Of a DNA stretch of 59,358 nucleotides, positions 13,135 through 26,900 are shown piece by piece. The notes under the pieces were generated by a model. It saw nothing but the letters and a program-made list of their open reading frames with translations, ran no database searches and had not been told where the DNA came from. Every line of letters begins with the position of its first letter. Position 1 is the first letter of the stretch. Location of the stretch: NCBI GenBank assembly GCA_003344405.1, contig NOWV01000297.1:1-59358 (forward strand), given 5' to 3'. This DNA comes from Trichoplax sp. H2. Its lineage: Eukaryota. A program made the translations under genes and the position numbers.

Positions 13135-14299
13135 ATACCTGGCTATTGATAGTCAATGATGAAATCTGTCTCTAATTTTCCATACTGTAATGTACAAAGG
13201 AGTAAAATTGAAGTAGACTTTAAATGGATTATCGTACCTCATTATCCTGCTATCAGTAGAAATTGAACTAAATCCTTCTGGTTTGACTAATTCTATTAGT
13301 CGAGCGTCAAGATATTTATTTGAACTTGTTCTACTAGCTTTTCTTTTCTTAAAATACCAATAAAATACCATGATACCTTATTAGCGACACTTTGTTATGA
13401 ACAGAGTTATTGGGAAAGCTTTTAATGTAGTAAAAGCCGCCATAATCAATTTTAGCGTTGTCATCTCGATAGCTAGATGAATAAATTCTTCTTCCTTTAC
13501 GTATATTCTTACTCTACCATTTTAAAACATATTATGGCAATAGATTACTTTCTCTCAAAATTTCATCATTACTGCAGAAATAGACTGTAGAATTATAAGT
13601 CTCCATATATAAATTAATTCTATATTTAACATCTACTCTCTTCTATGTTACGGCTTTCACGATTTAAAATATACCTGTATAGCATTGCATTAAAAAGGTC
13701 ATTGTTCCAATATTCAATGCTTAATAATATAGTGTAGTTTTAATTTGCTTAACTATACTATGATAGGCTGTAAGCCCTTTTTAGGTCCAAGGTATTTCAG
13801 ATATCATAACGTTTACAATTATACAATAATAAACAGTGACAAATTGTTAACTTAATTAAGAGCAATAATAAAGGATAATAGCCAAATAAACCTTTCATAT
13901 CCTTGATTGATTTGGACTTATTAGCGTAATTAATCCATTATTTATAACAGGATATGAGATGATCCCTATTCTATTCGTAGTAAGCTACAATATTCAATGT
14001 CAGGACTTATTTTTCTATATGGACCATGGCAAATAGTCCATGTTACCAGTTATATGAAAGTTTCCTGAAAATTGAATCGAAACCTTTAAGTCAGTATTTA
14101 AATATAAATTTTAGTATAAATGAAGTAACAATCTAGATACAGTTAATTCAGAAGTTAAACTTAAGTATTCTTCTATTTTTATTGCATGTAATTATATATG
14201 GATAAGAGGTAGTAAAAGAGATCGCGAAAATCAAATTAGTATTGGTACCGAAAACAAGCTATCGATTCTTGTTTGAGCAAGCTGCCTTCAGAGGTTTTC

Positions 14300-14545
14300 T
14301 GTCAATTATGTACATATATCGATATAAAATTGTGACAAATTAAGAAGAATCAATTTCTAGAATATTACTCTTTTTCTCTAAAATGTTTTTCCTTTCAATT
14401 TCGTATTAATACTGATATAAAATTGCATTAAATTAAGAAGAATTCATTACTATTATTTCATTTCTTTTTCTCCATAAGCTCTTATTCCTTCAATTTCGTA
14501 CACATATTGATATGAAATTGTAACAAATTAAGAAGAATCAATTAA
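14300..14545. repeat. Tandem repeat, 3 x ~94 bp, upstream of the third GPCR
   Basis: CAATT..GTA...GATAT.AAATTG...AAATTAAGAAGAAT at ~14303, ~14396 and ~14491. Confidence 0.8.
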
Positions 14546-15059
14546 TGGGATAGTGTGCCTTTTTCTCTATGACATCGGAAAATAGGCTCATCTACGAAAT
14601 TTTAGCCAGCCGGTCCTAAAATTTATACTACTTAATGTATTCTAAGGATTTTATACGATATATAAGAGCAGTTTAACTTTCATAATTACAAGAATAATTG
14701 ATTTGACTAGAAATTCAGACAATATTGCCCTAAATTGAATCCAAATGGGACTAAATTAAGGATTGATTATAAACCAAAGTACTTGAATATACGGAAGCTG
14801 CAATTAATTCTCTCATTCAAGCATTTATTTACACCATTGGCTGTTGAACTTAAAACTGCTTTCCTAATTTTATCATTCTGTTAGATACTCGAATTCAATA
14901 GAACTATCTACATTATTTTTAAAGGCTGAACAACATTTACTTTTTTCTTAAATATCTTCAAATAACATTTTTACGTCATTATATGCTGCTAAAATATGCT
15001 ATTAATAAGATAGAATTATCATATAACTCAATTAAAAATTTTCAGTGAACTATTCTATC

Positions 15060-16226
15060 ATGATCTACTTGACCAATTTTACCGTTATTCCTACCAATAC
15101 CACGCAGCTACTTTTACCTGGAAATTATTCTAGCAGTCATGATTATTATGGTGGACTAGTCACACAAATTGTTTTAGGTATTATAGCTGTGTTGTCTATT
15201 GTAGGTAATATGTTCGTATTTGTCGTCTTTTTATACAGTCCAAGATTAAAAAATTCATCTCACGGTATCTTAATTGGGAATTTAGCTCTTGTGGATATGC
15301 TGACTGGTGTGAGTATTATTATTACACCAGCGTATATTATCCGCGAAAATTATCATCACCCACCACCTGGCATTGGTGGTTCAATCTTTTGCAAAATTAT
15401 TGGCTCAGAATTAATGCCATTTAGCTTCGGCTTTATATCGATGTATACATTAGCTGTACTCAGCCTTGAAAGACGATATGCTGTAGTCCGACCAATGCTT
15501 CATCGAAGGTATTTTACCATTCAACGAAGTAAATTTGTAGTAGTGCTGGTTTGGATTTTAGGAATTGCTGTCAATATTACCAATATTTTACAAAGTTATT
15601 ATCAAGAAAATGCTAATCCACCTTGTGATTGGCGACTATTAGTGGGTCCTCAATTTAGTATGGCCCTTTATGGAATTCTACTATTTTTGCGCGTCGTTTT
15701 CCCTATGGTATGTGTCATCGTTTGCTACTATGATATATTGCGTTATATTCGGCAAAAAGTTCGTAATCTATTGCGATCCATTGATAAAACAGAATCTGCA
15801 GCCTATAGGATAAAATCTAAAATCACATTGACTTGTGCTATAACATCGTTGGCCTTTTTAATATGTTGGCTGCCCAATCAAGCTTATTTCACGTATATTA
15901 GTTTTCATGCTTCAAAAATAAATGACGATTTGCATTTAACTACCAAATTATTAATTTTTTTTAATTCTTGTATTAATCCATTCATTTATGCAAGTACCAA
16001 TCGGTATTATCGCCGTGAATTTGTGGCTATACTCCACTTAAAATGGCAATTTTGTTGCACTGATTGCCACAGACAAGGCTCAATATGGAATTTTTCACGA
16101 GACTCTCATCATAAATCTGACAACGACGAACTTAAATTATCCATGGACAACATTACTAACAAAGGTAATTCCACAAAATCAATAAAGCCCAATCTATTTC
16201 TGGTCGAAGAAGCCAAAACGTCATGA
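15060..16226 (+). CDS. Rhodopsin-class 7TM GPCR, peptide-receptor-like, 388 aa; closest paralogue of the 11980 gene
   Basis: Same motif set. The start is placed at ATG 15060 (MIYLTNFT aligns with MMNLTNFS) rather than the GTG at 15045 in the ORF track; TTTTCAG acceptor at 15039-15045 suggests a 5'UTR intron. Confidence 0.95.
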   Translation: MIYLTNFTVIPTNTTQLLLPGNYSSSHDYYGGLVTQIVLGIIAVLSIVGNMFVFVVFLYSPRLKNSSHGILIGNLALVDMLTGVSIIITPAYIIRENYHHPPPGIGGSIFCKIIGSELMPFSFGFISMYTLAVLSLERRYAVVRPMLHRRYFTIQRSKFVVVLVWILGIAVNITNILQSYYQENANPPCDWRLLVGPQFSMALYGILLFLRVVFPMVCVIVCYYDILRYIRQKVRNLLRSIDKTESAAYRIKSKITLTCAITSLAFLICWLPNQAYFTYISFHASKINDDLHLTTKLLIFFNSCINPFIYASTNRYYRREFVAILHLKWQFCCTDCHRQGSIWNFSRDSHHKSDNDELKLSMDNITNKGNSTKSIKPNLFLVEEAKTS

Positions 16227-17933
16227 ACTTTAATATCTAATTTTAGTATCAATCTCTGATTAACATTACTACCCGAAGTAGTAAAATTGAAGTATGCCCA
16301 GAATTGGCGCATTATAAAATCGTCCTGCCATCAGATATTTAGCAAAGTGCCGATCACTCGATTAATTAATAGCGGCAGAAAATTAATTATAGCTTAATCG
16401 CCTATCTTTCCTTCTGTTAAAATGCTACTACAATACCATGATACTTCTAGAGGGATGTTATTGGCTATAAATTGAGACACTAGAAAAAACTTTTCATGTA
16501 GTAAATTTATAATATTATTACTTCAATAAATTTCTCGGTATAATCACAACAGCTAGTTAGTTCCTTCTCTTTAGTATGCCATTACTTCACTATTTTAAAA
16601 TACCACGTGTAACATATATAATGATAAAACATCATTTTATGCGAAATTCTAAATATTATAGAAATTACCGAAATAGACTGTATGATTATGGTCTCCACAT
16701 GGAACAGATCATTTATGCCTTTTTCACTAATTGGAATTTTCGTTATTTTAAAATCTACACCTGTACAATAATAAAGCAGCAGAATACTGAATAAAATAAT
16801 GTCATGGACAAGTATTCTATATTTAGGAATAGAACCTAAAAGTTTAGATTAGCTTTACTGTTTCATCATTTGTTATTAGCTCTCTTCAGTTTCAAATAGT
16901 TCATGAATTACTATTTTCAGCCATATTACCTTGCTTATAAGCGCCAATATGATAAATCTGATTCCGACATCAAATTATGACTGTAAAAATTGGGATATTT
17001 GGACTCTCTATTGCAAATTTTTTTAAGATTGATATCTATATCATTTATATATATATAATTCTGATGCTTTATTTATTAACAATAACATTCTTATACTAAT
17101 ACCATTTTATATTATGCGTTTGAATATTCAGTCAAAACATATACGCGCATTTCAGTTAGATCGTACATAGAACACTAGAGCATTCTTTATAATATAAAAT
17201 TGCCGTTTTTGCAATATTTAAGTAGAAGATAACAGCCTAAATGATACAAAGATTTGCTTCTAAGAATCAAATCAATAAATCGCTGTCTTGCTTCTAGCCT
17301 AGCTTTTGTTGGGTGATCGAAGTTTCCTATAAGGATAGAGAAGAATATGGAGACTTTCGAATTTAATTTAATCTACATAATTTTATCCGATATTATTATA
17401 GTTTCTACGACATACTATAGCATAAATTATAAGTACAATTTAAAGAAGATTAATAAAGTAGAGTCGAATAATATCATCTCAATACCGTGTACCTAATTGC
17501 TATCATCTAGTGGAATTGACTTCTTAATTTAATCGAAAGTTATCCACTACCATTAACTACCGCATATTTTAGTTTTTAATACCTTTAAAATTTTTAGCTT
17601 GCTTATATACAGTATGTGTTAAAGCTTGCGAGTGAAATTCATCAGCTACGATATATTTTAATTCTTATTAATGTCTTTAAAATTTTTAGCTTGCTTACAT
17701 GTGTGTAGAAGCTTGCAAGTGAAATTCTTTCGCTAGCATTATTTCACGCAGTAGTTTTTTAGCATCGTCACTTGGGTAGGTAGATATTATTTCATTCTAA
17801 ATGGAATTAAAAAGTTAAAAAAGTCAAATTTTTTATGCATCGAGCATACTTTATTCTTCTATTTGAGTTTGCATTTAATTGCATCAGTTGCAGATATCGT
17901 GCAAAATTATAAAAATTAGCATGTGACGGAAAA

Positions 17934-20900
17934 TCAAAAGATGGCAATAATATCTTTCTGAATTATTTTATAATGCACGGAAAACAGTTTTCCATCTTTG
18001 TAATTTTGGCGTATACCCAATGTCGAATAGGAGACAGTATCCTACTTCGTTAGTGAGAATTTTATGTTTAATTAGAAGCTCTAAAAGTTAATTACTTATT
18101 CATTCACAATTATTGTTTTAGTTATTTGCCAATCACTCAGTTTTATCGTAAATATGTTATTCTTCAATATTTTAAGTATTGCTATTGTTACGCGCAAAGC
18201 GGTATTTTTACTGGTATTATTATGGTAAATTGCTATTGATTCATATTTATGAAGCAGCCTTTCTGTGTGTTGCCAGCATTATTCTGTGAAACTACCAGCT
18301 GTTGCATCTGTTATACGTGATGTTGTGATAGATATTACATACCTCATTGATGTTGTAATTATTATCCGCAAGCTGATTAACAATTTCTAAGTTGTTCTTC
18401 ATATTAGGATTATATTCATGATACCTAATTTGGAATGGATTACATTTAAGGTTTATATGTAATCTGGTAGTTAGAGATTAAAATATATTCATAAAATATC
18501 CTCTAATTACCGTCACTAAACCATGTCCCATATTTAACTAGTTATCTACGGCTATTAGAATATTTAAACTCTACCATAAAATGCTCTTGTTTAGAAGTGT
18601 ACAGTAAGATAGAACGTAGGGTAGCTAGAGATTATACAAATTTTATACGACAGTTGTACGAGATAATTGTACCGCCAAGATTTTAAATTCTTTAACAAAT
18701 TATTAGAATATCTAAAAACTACCATAAGATGGTCCTGCTTGGAGGTGTTTAGTATAAAAATGTACGGTAGGCTAGAAATTATACAAATTTTGTACAAGAT
18801 AGTTACATGAGATAATTACACTTCCAAATTTTTGAATTTTTGAATAAAAATAGCTGCAACTAGCTTATTTTACGCTTTGTAACCACATATAAAATCAGGA
18901 TAAAATTAAATAACATAGCATGGCATACCAGTATGGGTCTACTAAAACGCCCGTTGTTACATAGAATAAAGAATAAAATTTAAGACAGAATGCTTACCTT
19001 CCATTATTTTGATGAGCTAATTGTCGTAAGAACTCAGTTGCAGATCTTAAGAGAATAAATTTTTATAGAAGTAAATCTTTACGAGATAAAAAAACAAAGC
19101 ATCTAGAATACATTAGTTATAACAAATGAATGCGTAGTGATTATATACTGCATTATGCTAGTTAATTGTTAACTGTCAATCAGATCTATAGCTTGAAATA
19201 AAATTAGTAAAGTTTATTAAACTTTTTCTATAACTTCTGCAATGAAATATTTGTAATATATAAGCGATAATTCGTACTGGTATTTCACTATCTATATATA
19301 TTCCTTTCTTCAGGGTGAATAAAAAAACGTACAATATACGATGCTAAGAGTGTTATTTGTCTTATTTGGATATTGTTAATGAATATGATGATAAATAAAT
19401 CCTAGTCATTATACCGACAGTTTGGGCTATGTTTAGAATATACGAGTAATAGTTGGATTAAAATGAGCTGTGTCATGCGATAATTTTATTATTAAATATT
19501 TTACGCAATATAAAGTTATTAAAAAAACATATACAGTACAAGCATTTTGGCATTAGGCTTTATGAGATAAAGAGTATAAGCAAAAGTACAGTATATGGCT
19601 ATAATTAGTGTCATGAAGTTTTTGGTAGAGCTTGGTGTGACTTTTTCGTTTGAAATAAAATACTACTATAGTAGCTCTTGTGCTAGTTTGTGATAGTGCT
19701 AATATTGAAATATCTTAGGAGGTATATTCTGTATCTAAATCATCAACATCATCGCAGTTTCATAAAGTATCTATGGAATTTGCACGTATGTCACAAACAC
19801 TGTTTATAAAATTTCTGACCTTTTTTCACAACAGTATGCGATCGTATGAATCGCGACAGGCTTTTGGCTTCTCCACTCCTTCACTTTACGTAGGATCATA
19901 TTTGAAGGATTATCCTGTTATTTAATACCGACAAGAACATAATATAAAGTGAAAATTTAAGCCAGAGTCATAGTTTTAACGATATACATGCATCTAGATT
20001 AATAACATGAACAAATGTGTTATTCAGCTAAATTACTTATGATGGAAGTAAAGATGACTTGGTTAGCAAATTTGATTGATATACAGATTTATAATGTCAC
20101 AACCGATAGATCACGATTACACCACACAACGGCTTCACAATCTATCATCGTCAGCTAGTGCTTTAACATTTGCATACCAAATATCTTAAAGTACTGGTTA
20201 CGTACAAGTATTCTGAAGATTGCGAACATGAAAATATTAAAATACCCTCTTTAATTAAATTACAGCCACGATACAACATGATATAAATTACTTACAGTCA
20301 TGCCATCGCTTATTATATATATAGCTTCTATTTGATCTTGTTTAAACGTATACTGAAAGAACAAATGATTTCAATGTCAGATTTACTAACTTTATTTGAG
20401 ATTCAAGATTGAGGGTAGTACAAAAACGAAGGTATCCTCTAACCTCTAAGGCGTCCAATATATTTGTATTACCGATAGCGTTCAATTTTGAGATCCAATT
20501 ACAAGCATTCATACATGTGTTATCGTCAGCCGTGGTTATTCTAGATTTCCAAGAATTGATCTCGTTCGAAAACTGGACGATATTAAAGCTAGTATCGAAA
20601 TAGATATAAAATTATTAGAAAAATACTTCATCGTTGAGGCAGGAAGCTTCTACTTAATTACAGTAGTCAGTAGCGTTATATAGCAGATATACAGTATCAT
20701 CTTGAGTTGTTGAAGTAGCAGACTGACGCAAGACGCCTAAATTAACGACTGAAAGATCGTGAATCGTTTTCATACCATTTTCGATGCATCATTTGTTCCC
20801 AGATTAGCATCATTAATGCCTGCTTTAGCTGCTTAAAATACGATTCCATCGATCCAGAAGCATCAAGTAGAATGGTCATCTACGTGTATAGAAAGCGGTA

Positions 20901-23900
20901 ATTATTGTCATTCTCAACGAATCTAATTTTTATAGCTATCCTGAAGTATTAGTTGACTTTATTAAATAAATTTATACTATTATTTTAATCATATTGTAGC
21001 TTTATTATGAATTTAAATTATAGCTATTAAATAAATCTTAAAAATTACATAATCATCTGCTATAGAATTAACTCAGCCTATTTTTAGGCATTTTATAATC
21101 TTACATTTTTTTCCATAATGACTCCAAAAACCCTACGACTACCTTGAATACATAATATTAAAATAAAAAATGAGAACATTATCGGCAATATTATAAGTCT
21201 TAAAGCTCGTCATTAACACAATCAAGCATACCAATTTTTATAGCATCATTAAGCAATAGCGAGTAGTCAAATAGTACATAATTACCTGTAAGTAGCCAAT
21301 TTAGTCTGGTAAGGTATCGCTTAAATACCTTTGCGATTATTGCTTGATAATTCTTTAGTTCCACTAATGTAAGAGAAACAGTACATTGATCCTATGGTAA
21401 AGGACAGAAATATAAGTTGCGTTACTTTTCTCGGGTTCAGGTCCAGAAGTCCATGAATTATATAGCACTCGATCAATTGGTGATAAATTGTCAGCAAACC
21501 TGGCTAACTTTAGCGGCATTCGATGATTTTGTTTTCCTTAATAATATATTAAATTTATCAAAATTACTATAATAAACTACGTATAAATGCTAGCTCGTAG
21601 TACAACATGCTGTCTACACTACAGTATCAAGGTCTTCTATTATAAGAGTTTATCCTACGTTTAAATGATACACACCTTTTAATAACCCATTTATCGAAAT
21701 CGAGATACAATTTTGACAAACTGTATTTCTTTAACCACTAAGATATAAAAGTTTAATCATCAAAGAAAGTCTATTTGATAAATTCTTTAACAGTTTTGAT
21801 TAATGGCGTTGACTGGTCGATATAACGCTATAGAAATTGAGATATCCTCCGGATAAAAGCGTATTTCTCGTATTTCAGTCGCTCATTATGCATTATTAAT
21901 AAAATCTCTGCAGTAACTTGAATATTTTTAATTTAGTAAAGTTGCTTAGTCTATATATATTGCTAGCAAGATTGAGATATATTTTGGATTAAGCTGCATT
22001 TCTTCTGTCACTTATTGAGAATTGGTAAATAAAATCTATGTAGCCACTCTTAACATTTTTAACTTAATATAGAGATATAAAAACTCTTTTTATAATATTT
22101 GAACTATAATCAACATTAAAATATATCTAGATATACTGTATTTCTTCAGTCAATCGATACGAATCATTAATTAAATCTGTTCAATCGATTTAAACATTTT
22201 TAATTTAATACAGATTTGTCTAATTTTTATTATCGAAGTTGAGATGTGATGCGGATAAAATGTATTTTCTCTTGCTCGATATGAATTATAAAATTTTCTT
22301 AGCTAAGACTTTTAACATTTTTAATAGAATAACGCCAGCAAAATCAAGTAAACAAGCATTAAAGTGTAAATTACCTCTTTTGAGCTTAATGATTCTTCTT
22401 CATTGGGTATATTACAAGCGAAATTTTTTCCTTCTTTATGTGTATCTGGATACTTAACATAGACATAGCCTAACAAGAGGTAATAAATACCAATAGCAAA
22501 GCGGAAGTTATCTCTGAATCTGTATATATCAAATTTAACCAATACTTGATGTTATAGCTGTATTACAACAGGTAATACTATTGTATCTACGAGCATTCAG
22601 CAAATAGATCATACAGTTAGCCATAATGCTAACATATTACATATTCGGTCTATCTATCAAAGAAACGTTAAAGAGTAATAGAGCGTAATTTACCGATATC
22701 TTTTTTATCTTTCTGGCTCCCAATATAAAAGGGCTGCAACTGAGCCTTTTTAGTTTTTTTACCGGAAAACCATTCAGCTACAAAGCAGTTTAGAGATTAA
22801 AGATAAAATATTAACCAAGATATGATCATCATATTCGTATATCTTTTACGTGCATTAAACAGATTCCTAATAACTGTTTAATAGATTTCTTATAGAAGAT
22901 TTCGTATAAATGATTGAATATCATTGTATTATTGAAAACCATTTATGGTCATTTTAGTATTAATTAATAACGACTATCAGTAATCAAATTTAGGCTTACG
23001 ATAATTCTGGTATGCAGGGTCCGATGGACCAGATGGCTTCCATGGCTTTACTTTAGCCGTTTGATTCTGACGTTTTGCTTTGCTGGATGTATTCTTACTA
23101 GTAGATGGAGTTTTACTTGACTAGAATCATGTATTATAAAATCATATCAGAAACATTAATAAGAAATTGAAATGAATTTTAAGATAGGAGGGGACTAATA
23201 GTAGAAATTTCACAACTTTTACCGATATTTTAGAAGGCGCACTTTTTATTCGTTTAGGTAAGGTGTTTGTCTTTGATTTTTCATTGACTTCAGTATAATT
23301 TATTGCTGAACTTCGAAAACCAGCCTTTAATAGGACCAAAGATTTATTATGGTTCAAAATATAGAAAAATCTAAAATTAAATTCTATATATAAATCGGCT
23401 ACTATCTAGCTAGAGTCATTTACTCTTTTGGTATTCACTTTATCCATAGTGTATTGTAATAGATATTCGGCCTAAAAAATAAATATGTATAAAGTGAAAA
23501 CAACCAATAAAAGCAACTTGCTTTCATGAAAAGATGACTGGCTACAAACATTATTGCCACAAATTGAATATACTTTCTTCTATCGATAATGAAGCAATCG
23601 CTGATACTAGATCTAATAGCAATTTACTTTCATGAAAAAGATACCTTTTCGCAAAAATCATTGGTCCGTTCTATTTCTTTTCTAATTATTTCCACATCAT
23701 CTCCTTCCACGACATCTAGGAAAATTTGTAGAGCAATTTAAGATTATAAAATATCATTCTACGAAATCAAAATTAAAATCGCACTTTATGACAAGGGTTT
23801 TGCGTATCTTTACTATTTCACTTACCTTGATCTCTCCTATAGACATGAAATCTGCCTGTTGTAGCATGGGCTAAATTGCATAAAACTTTATCTGCCATAG

Positions 23901-26900
23901 AAATTTTACTGATATTGCCGATAATCGATTCTGTCTCCTGGCTAATATCATAATAGATGCAATGTAGCGGTAACGTTTGAAATAGTAAACGTTGCTGAAG
24001 GTATGACATAACTAATTCCTAACAGAGGTAAAGAATATGATAGTTCAATAAGCCTGCTGTTTAAGAATAAATCTGTTAAATTGCCTTCAGAAGTATTGAT
24101 AGCAATAGCGTGATATTTTTGGATACAGTTTTAACCTCTTCAAGAATAAGAAGAGAAGTTGATAGAAAATTTTATACTCACAATCGGTTGATCTGGCTTG
24201 GAACAAGCTATTAAGTACATGCCAGAAGTATCTATGGGAAATTTGAATTTATGTTGGTTATTTATTTCTACAAGTTTAGCTTACAAGTGGTCGTTAAGTC
24301 ATAATTGATTCAACAAGATCTACTCTAACAGGTCTTCTTGTACTAATTATTGATTAAGCATTGGTCTTAACAACTATTCAAGTTAAAAATATTGGTCATG
24401 TCAGTGATAGACTGTGCACATTTATGGCGTAATATCTGTAATTTTGACATCCCTATTCTTAATGATTCTCTTTAGCGGTCCTTATTGAAGTTTTTATTAA
24501 CTAAATACATTTTATTTATTATCTATACCTAACAAATGCAATTCTATTGCAAACTTTAAACCCTCCAATAGATTCAGGCGTCCATGACATTCTTGAGTTG
24601 TTATCCACCTTAGAAGTAGATTAGTATGATTATCAACCTTATTGGCTAAAACTCCTTTGCTAACTGAAAATAAGTAAGTACCTATAACACTCTTGCAAGC
24701 TTTTTTTTGATGTTTCGACCATTTTCGTTGTCCAAGCACGAACTTTGCTGCCAATACTATTCATGAGCACATATAAAAATAGTCAATGGCGAATACCAAC
24801 AACGATTTGACTATAACGTTCATTAGACCAACTATTTACCAGACAACGTTAAAGGCATGTGTATGGATTAATTGTTCTTCAAAGAGTAACTTTAAATCTT
24901 TCTTTAATCGATTGAATGATTTAGCCATTTCAGTGGATGTTTCAATAAATATAGTGACTCTATTCAATAGGATTTAGTCATTAAGAATCAGCAAATAATC
25001 ATCAAGGCAAAGATCCTATAAAAATTCATCTTGATTTTTCCAGAACCTTTTTTCAGCTATAACACCCAGAGTTTTTCTGCTGCCAGATCTCAACCATAGT
25101 TCTCTCGATTTGAACAGGTCTGCTGCCTTCTGTAAACTTGCCTATATATTCATGTGAAATATCGCTCTATAATTTCGTGTTAGAGTGATAGGTCTATCGA
25201 AGACTTTCTTACTGTATAGTCTGTAAATGTTGCAGGATCAATATGAACACGCCTTTCGGATCCATCTGGCCATTGAAATTTAATCATAGACTACAGATAT
25301 GCGGTGGAAGGTAAAAGTCCAAATGTGAAGAAGTAATAATGAGAATTAAGTAGCATAAACGTTCAAGAAATTGAACTTACATCATAAACATGAGCTCTAA
25401 TTTCCTTCTTAAGGATAGGAACGTATGTTACAGTAGGTTGAAATGAATTTGGTTCAAGAAGTTGATAAATTGATAGTTTTTGAGCTGAGAAAGCAACAAT
25501 ATCATAAAAGTTAGACTTCCTATAACGGAATATTACAAATCATTGCAAATATGGAAGAGAATATCAGCCATTTTATGAATTATCGTAACACAGTAAGTGT
25601 AAGAAGAATTATAAATTCAATTTAATATCAGTACAATTTCTAAATTAACAATTATTAAATTAGCCATGATAGACATAAAAATTGGCCATCCATGTGTGAT
25701 TTAGCACACATAATTACTTGAAATGAATATCGCTGGCATTTACCTCTTAGGCCATTCTCTTTTAGCCATTCCCTACTGCTCTTCGTATTTGTTGAACTGT
25801 TCGAATTAAAGCTAAGCGCATCACTAGCAATAAGATTAAGATTCAGAACTTAGAGAGTTACATAAATGTTTTAGGCTTTAAGTACGAGTTATAAATCAGA
25901 AAAAATTTCAAATCATACGCGGTAGAATCGCTTGTCGCGGCTACAAGAGTTGATAACTGATCGTACATTGACATACAATAAACAACAAATTAAAATCGTT
26001 AGTACAATAATCTGTTAGGATGTTGTTACTACATTGAAGGGGTATACTCCAACGTAATTTCTGAAATTTTATAAATGCAATTAATCACTTATCTACTAAA
26101 GTAAAAATTTATATTTCTTCAGAATAAAGTAGGTCTGCGTTAATAAACCTTGTTAATATTCTCCTCCAAAGCATCACTTAATAGACCGGCTTGCATAGAC
26201 TTCATGCTCATCATTACCTCTACACCTCTAGATATTAACACAAAACAGAGCAAGATTAAATTACCACAGTAACAAGATAATTTGCTGGAGTTGCCCTTAT
26301 ATCAAATAAAATACTATTTCAAAAGTGAAGATTAAATTACCTATCTAATTCCTGTTTAAGTAAAGCAATATCTGTACTGACAAATATTTCCTCTTCATGC
26401 CTTGACGAATAGCAATGATAGCGACCTTTTGAAACTTCTGCTATTTGTTGCAACATGTCCTATTTGTATTTATTTCATATAGCATTATTTCTTGATTTGT
26501 AGTCGTATTATAATCTTACTGATCAATATATATGTATGTTTTTATAAACTATATAGGAGGCAACGTACACAGCATTCATCCTGTATACAATCGAAAGCAA
26601 CAACATGTAGAGGCAGCTCAAGGCCAACTACGGCTTGCGATATATAATCGGAAACGCGTTCAAGAGGTTGATCAGGGCTTTTGTGAGAGGATAGCGTTCG
26701 TACATTTTAAAAAGTTTCGTAGCAAAATGGATTCATGACTTAAACATTACTAATTTATCCTTAGGTACGCATAAATATTAACACTATAATTATGACACTG
26801 TATCATTCTTCTAACCTTCCACCTAAGATTATGATGATTGAATCAAATTGTTTCCTTTTCTTTAGAACTAATTTCAAAGCTCCGATTAGATTACAACCTC

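Larger units (their letters stand above)
10660..16880 (+). repeat. Tandem segmental duplication of a ~3.1-3.2 kb unit carrying one GPCR gene each
   Basis: Beyond the CDSs, non-coding blocks align: ~10660-10875 with ~13860-14080 (TAATTAATC.ATTATT.ATAAC...ATATGA.ATG), ~11010-11105 with ~14208-14325, and 3' flanks ~13200-13680 with ~16280-16765 (GTAAAATTGAAGTA, AATACCATGATAC, GAAATAGACTGTA). Confidence 0.85.

Noticed and set aside
15045..15059. GTG start of the third GPCR
   Set aside because: It overlaps a splice-acceptor AG, and paralogue alignment supports ATG 15060
17583..17730. Two-copy ~55 bp repeat near the VWA3A 3' end
   Set aside because: Simple local duplication with no sign of function
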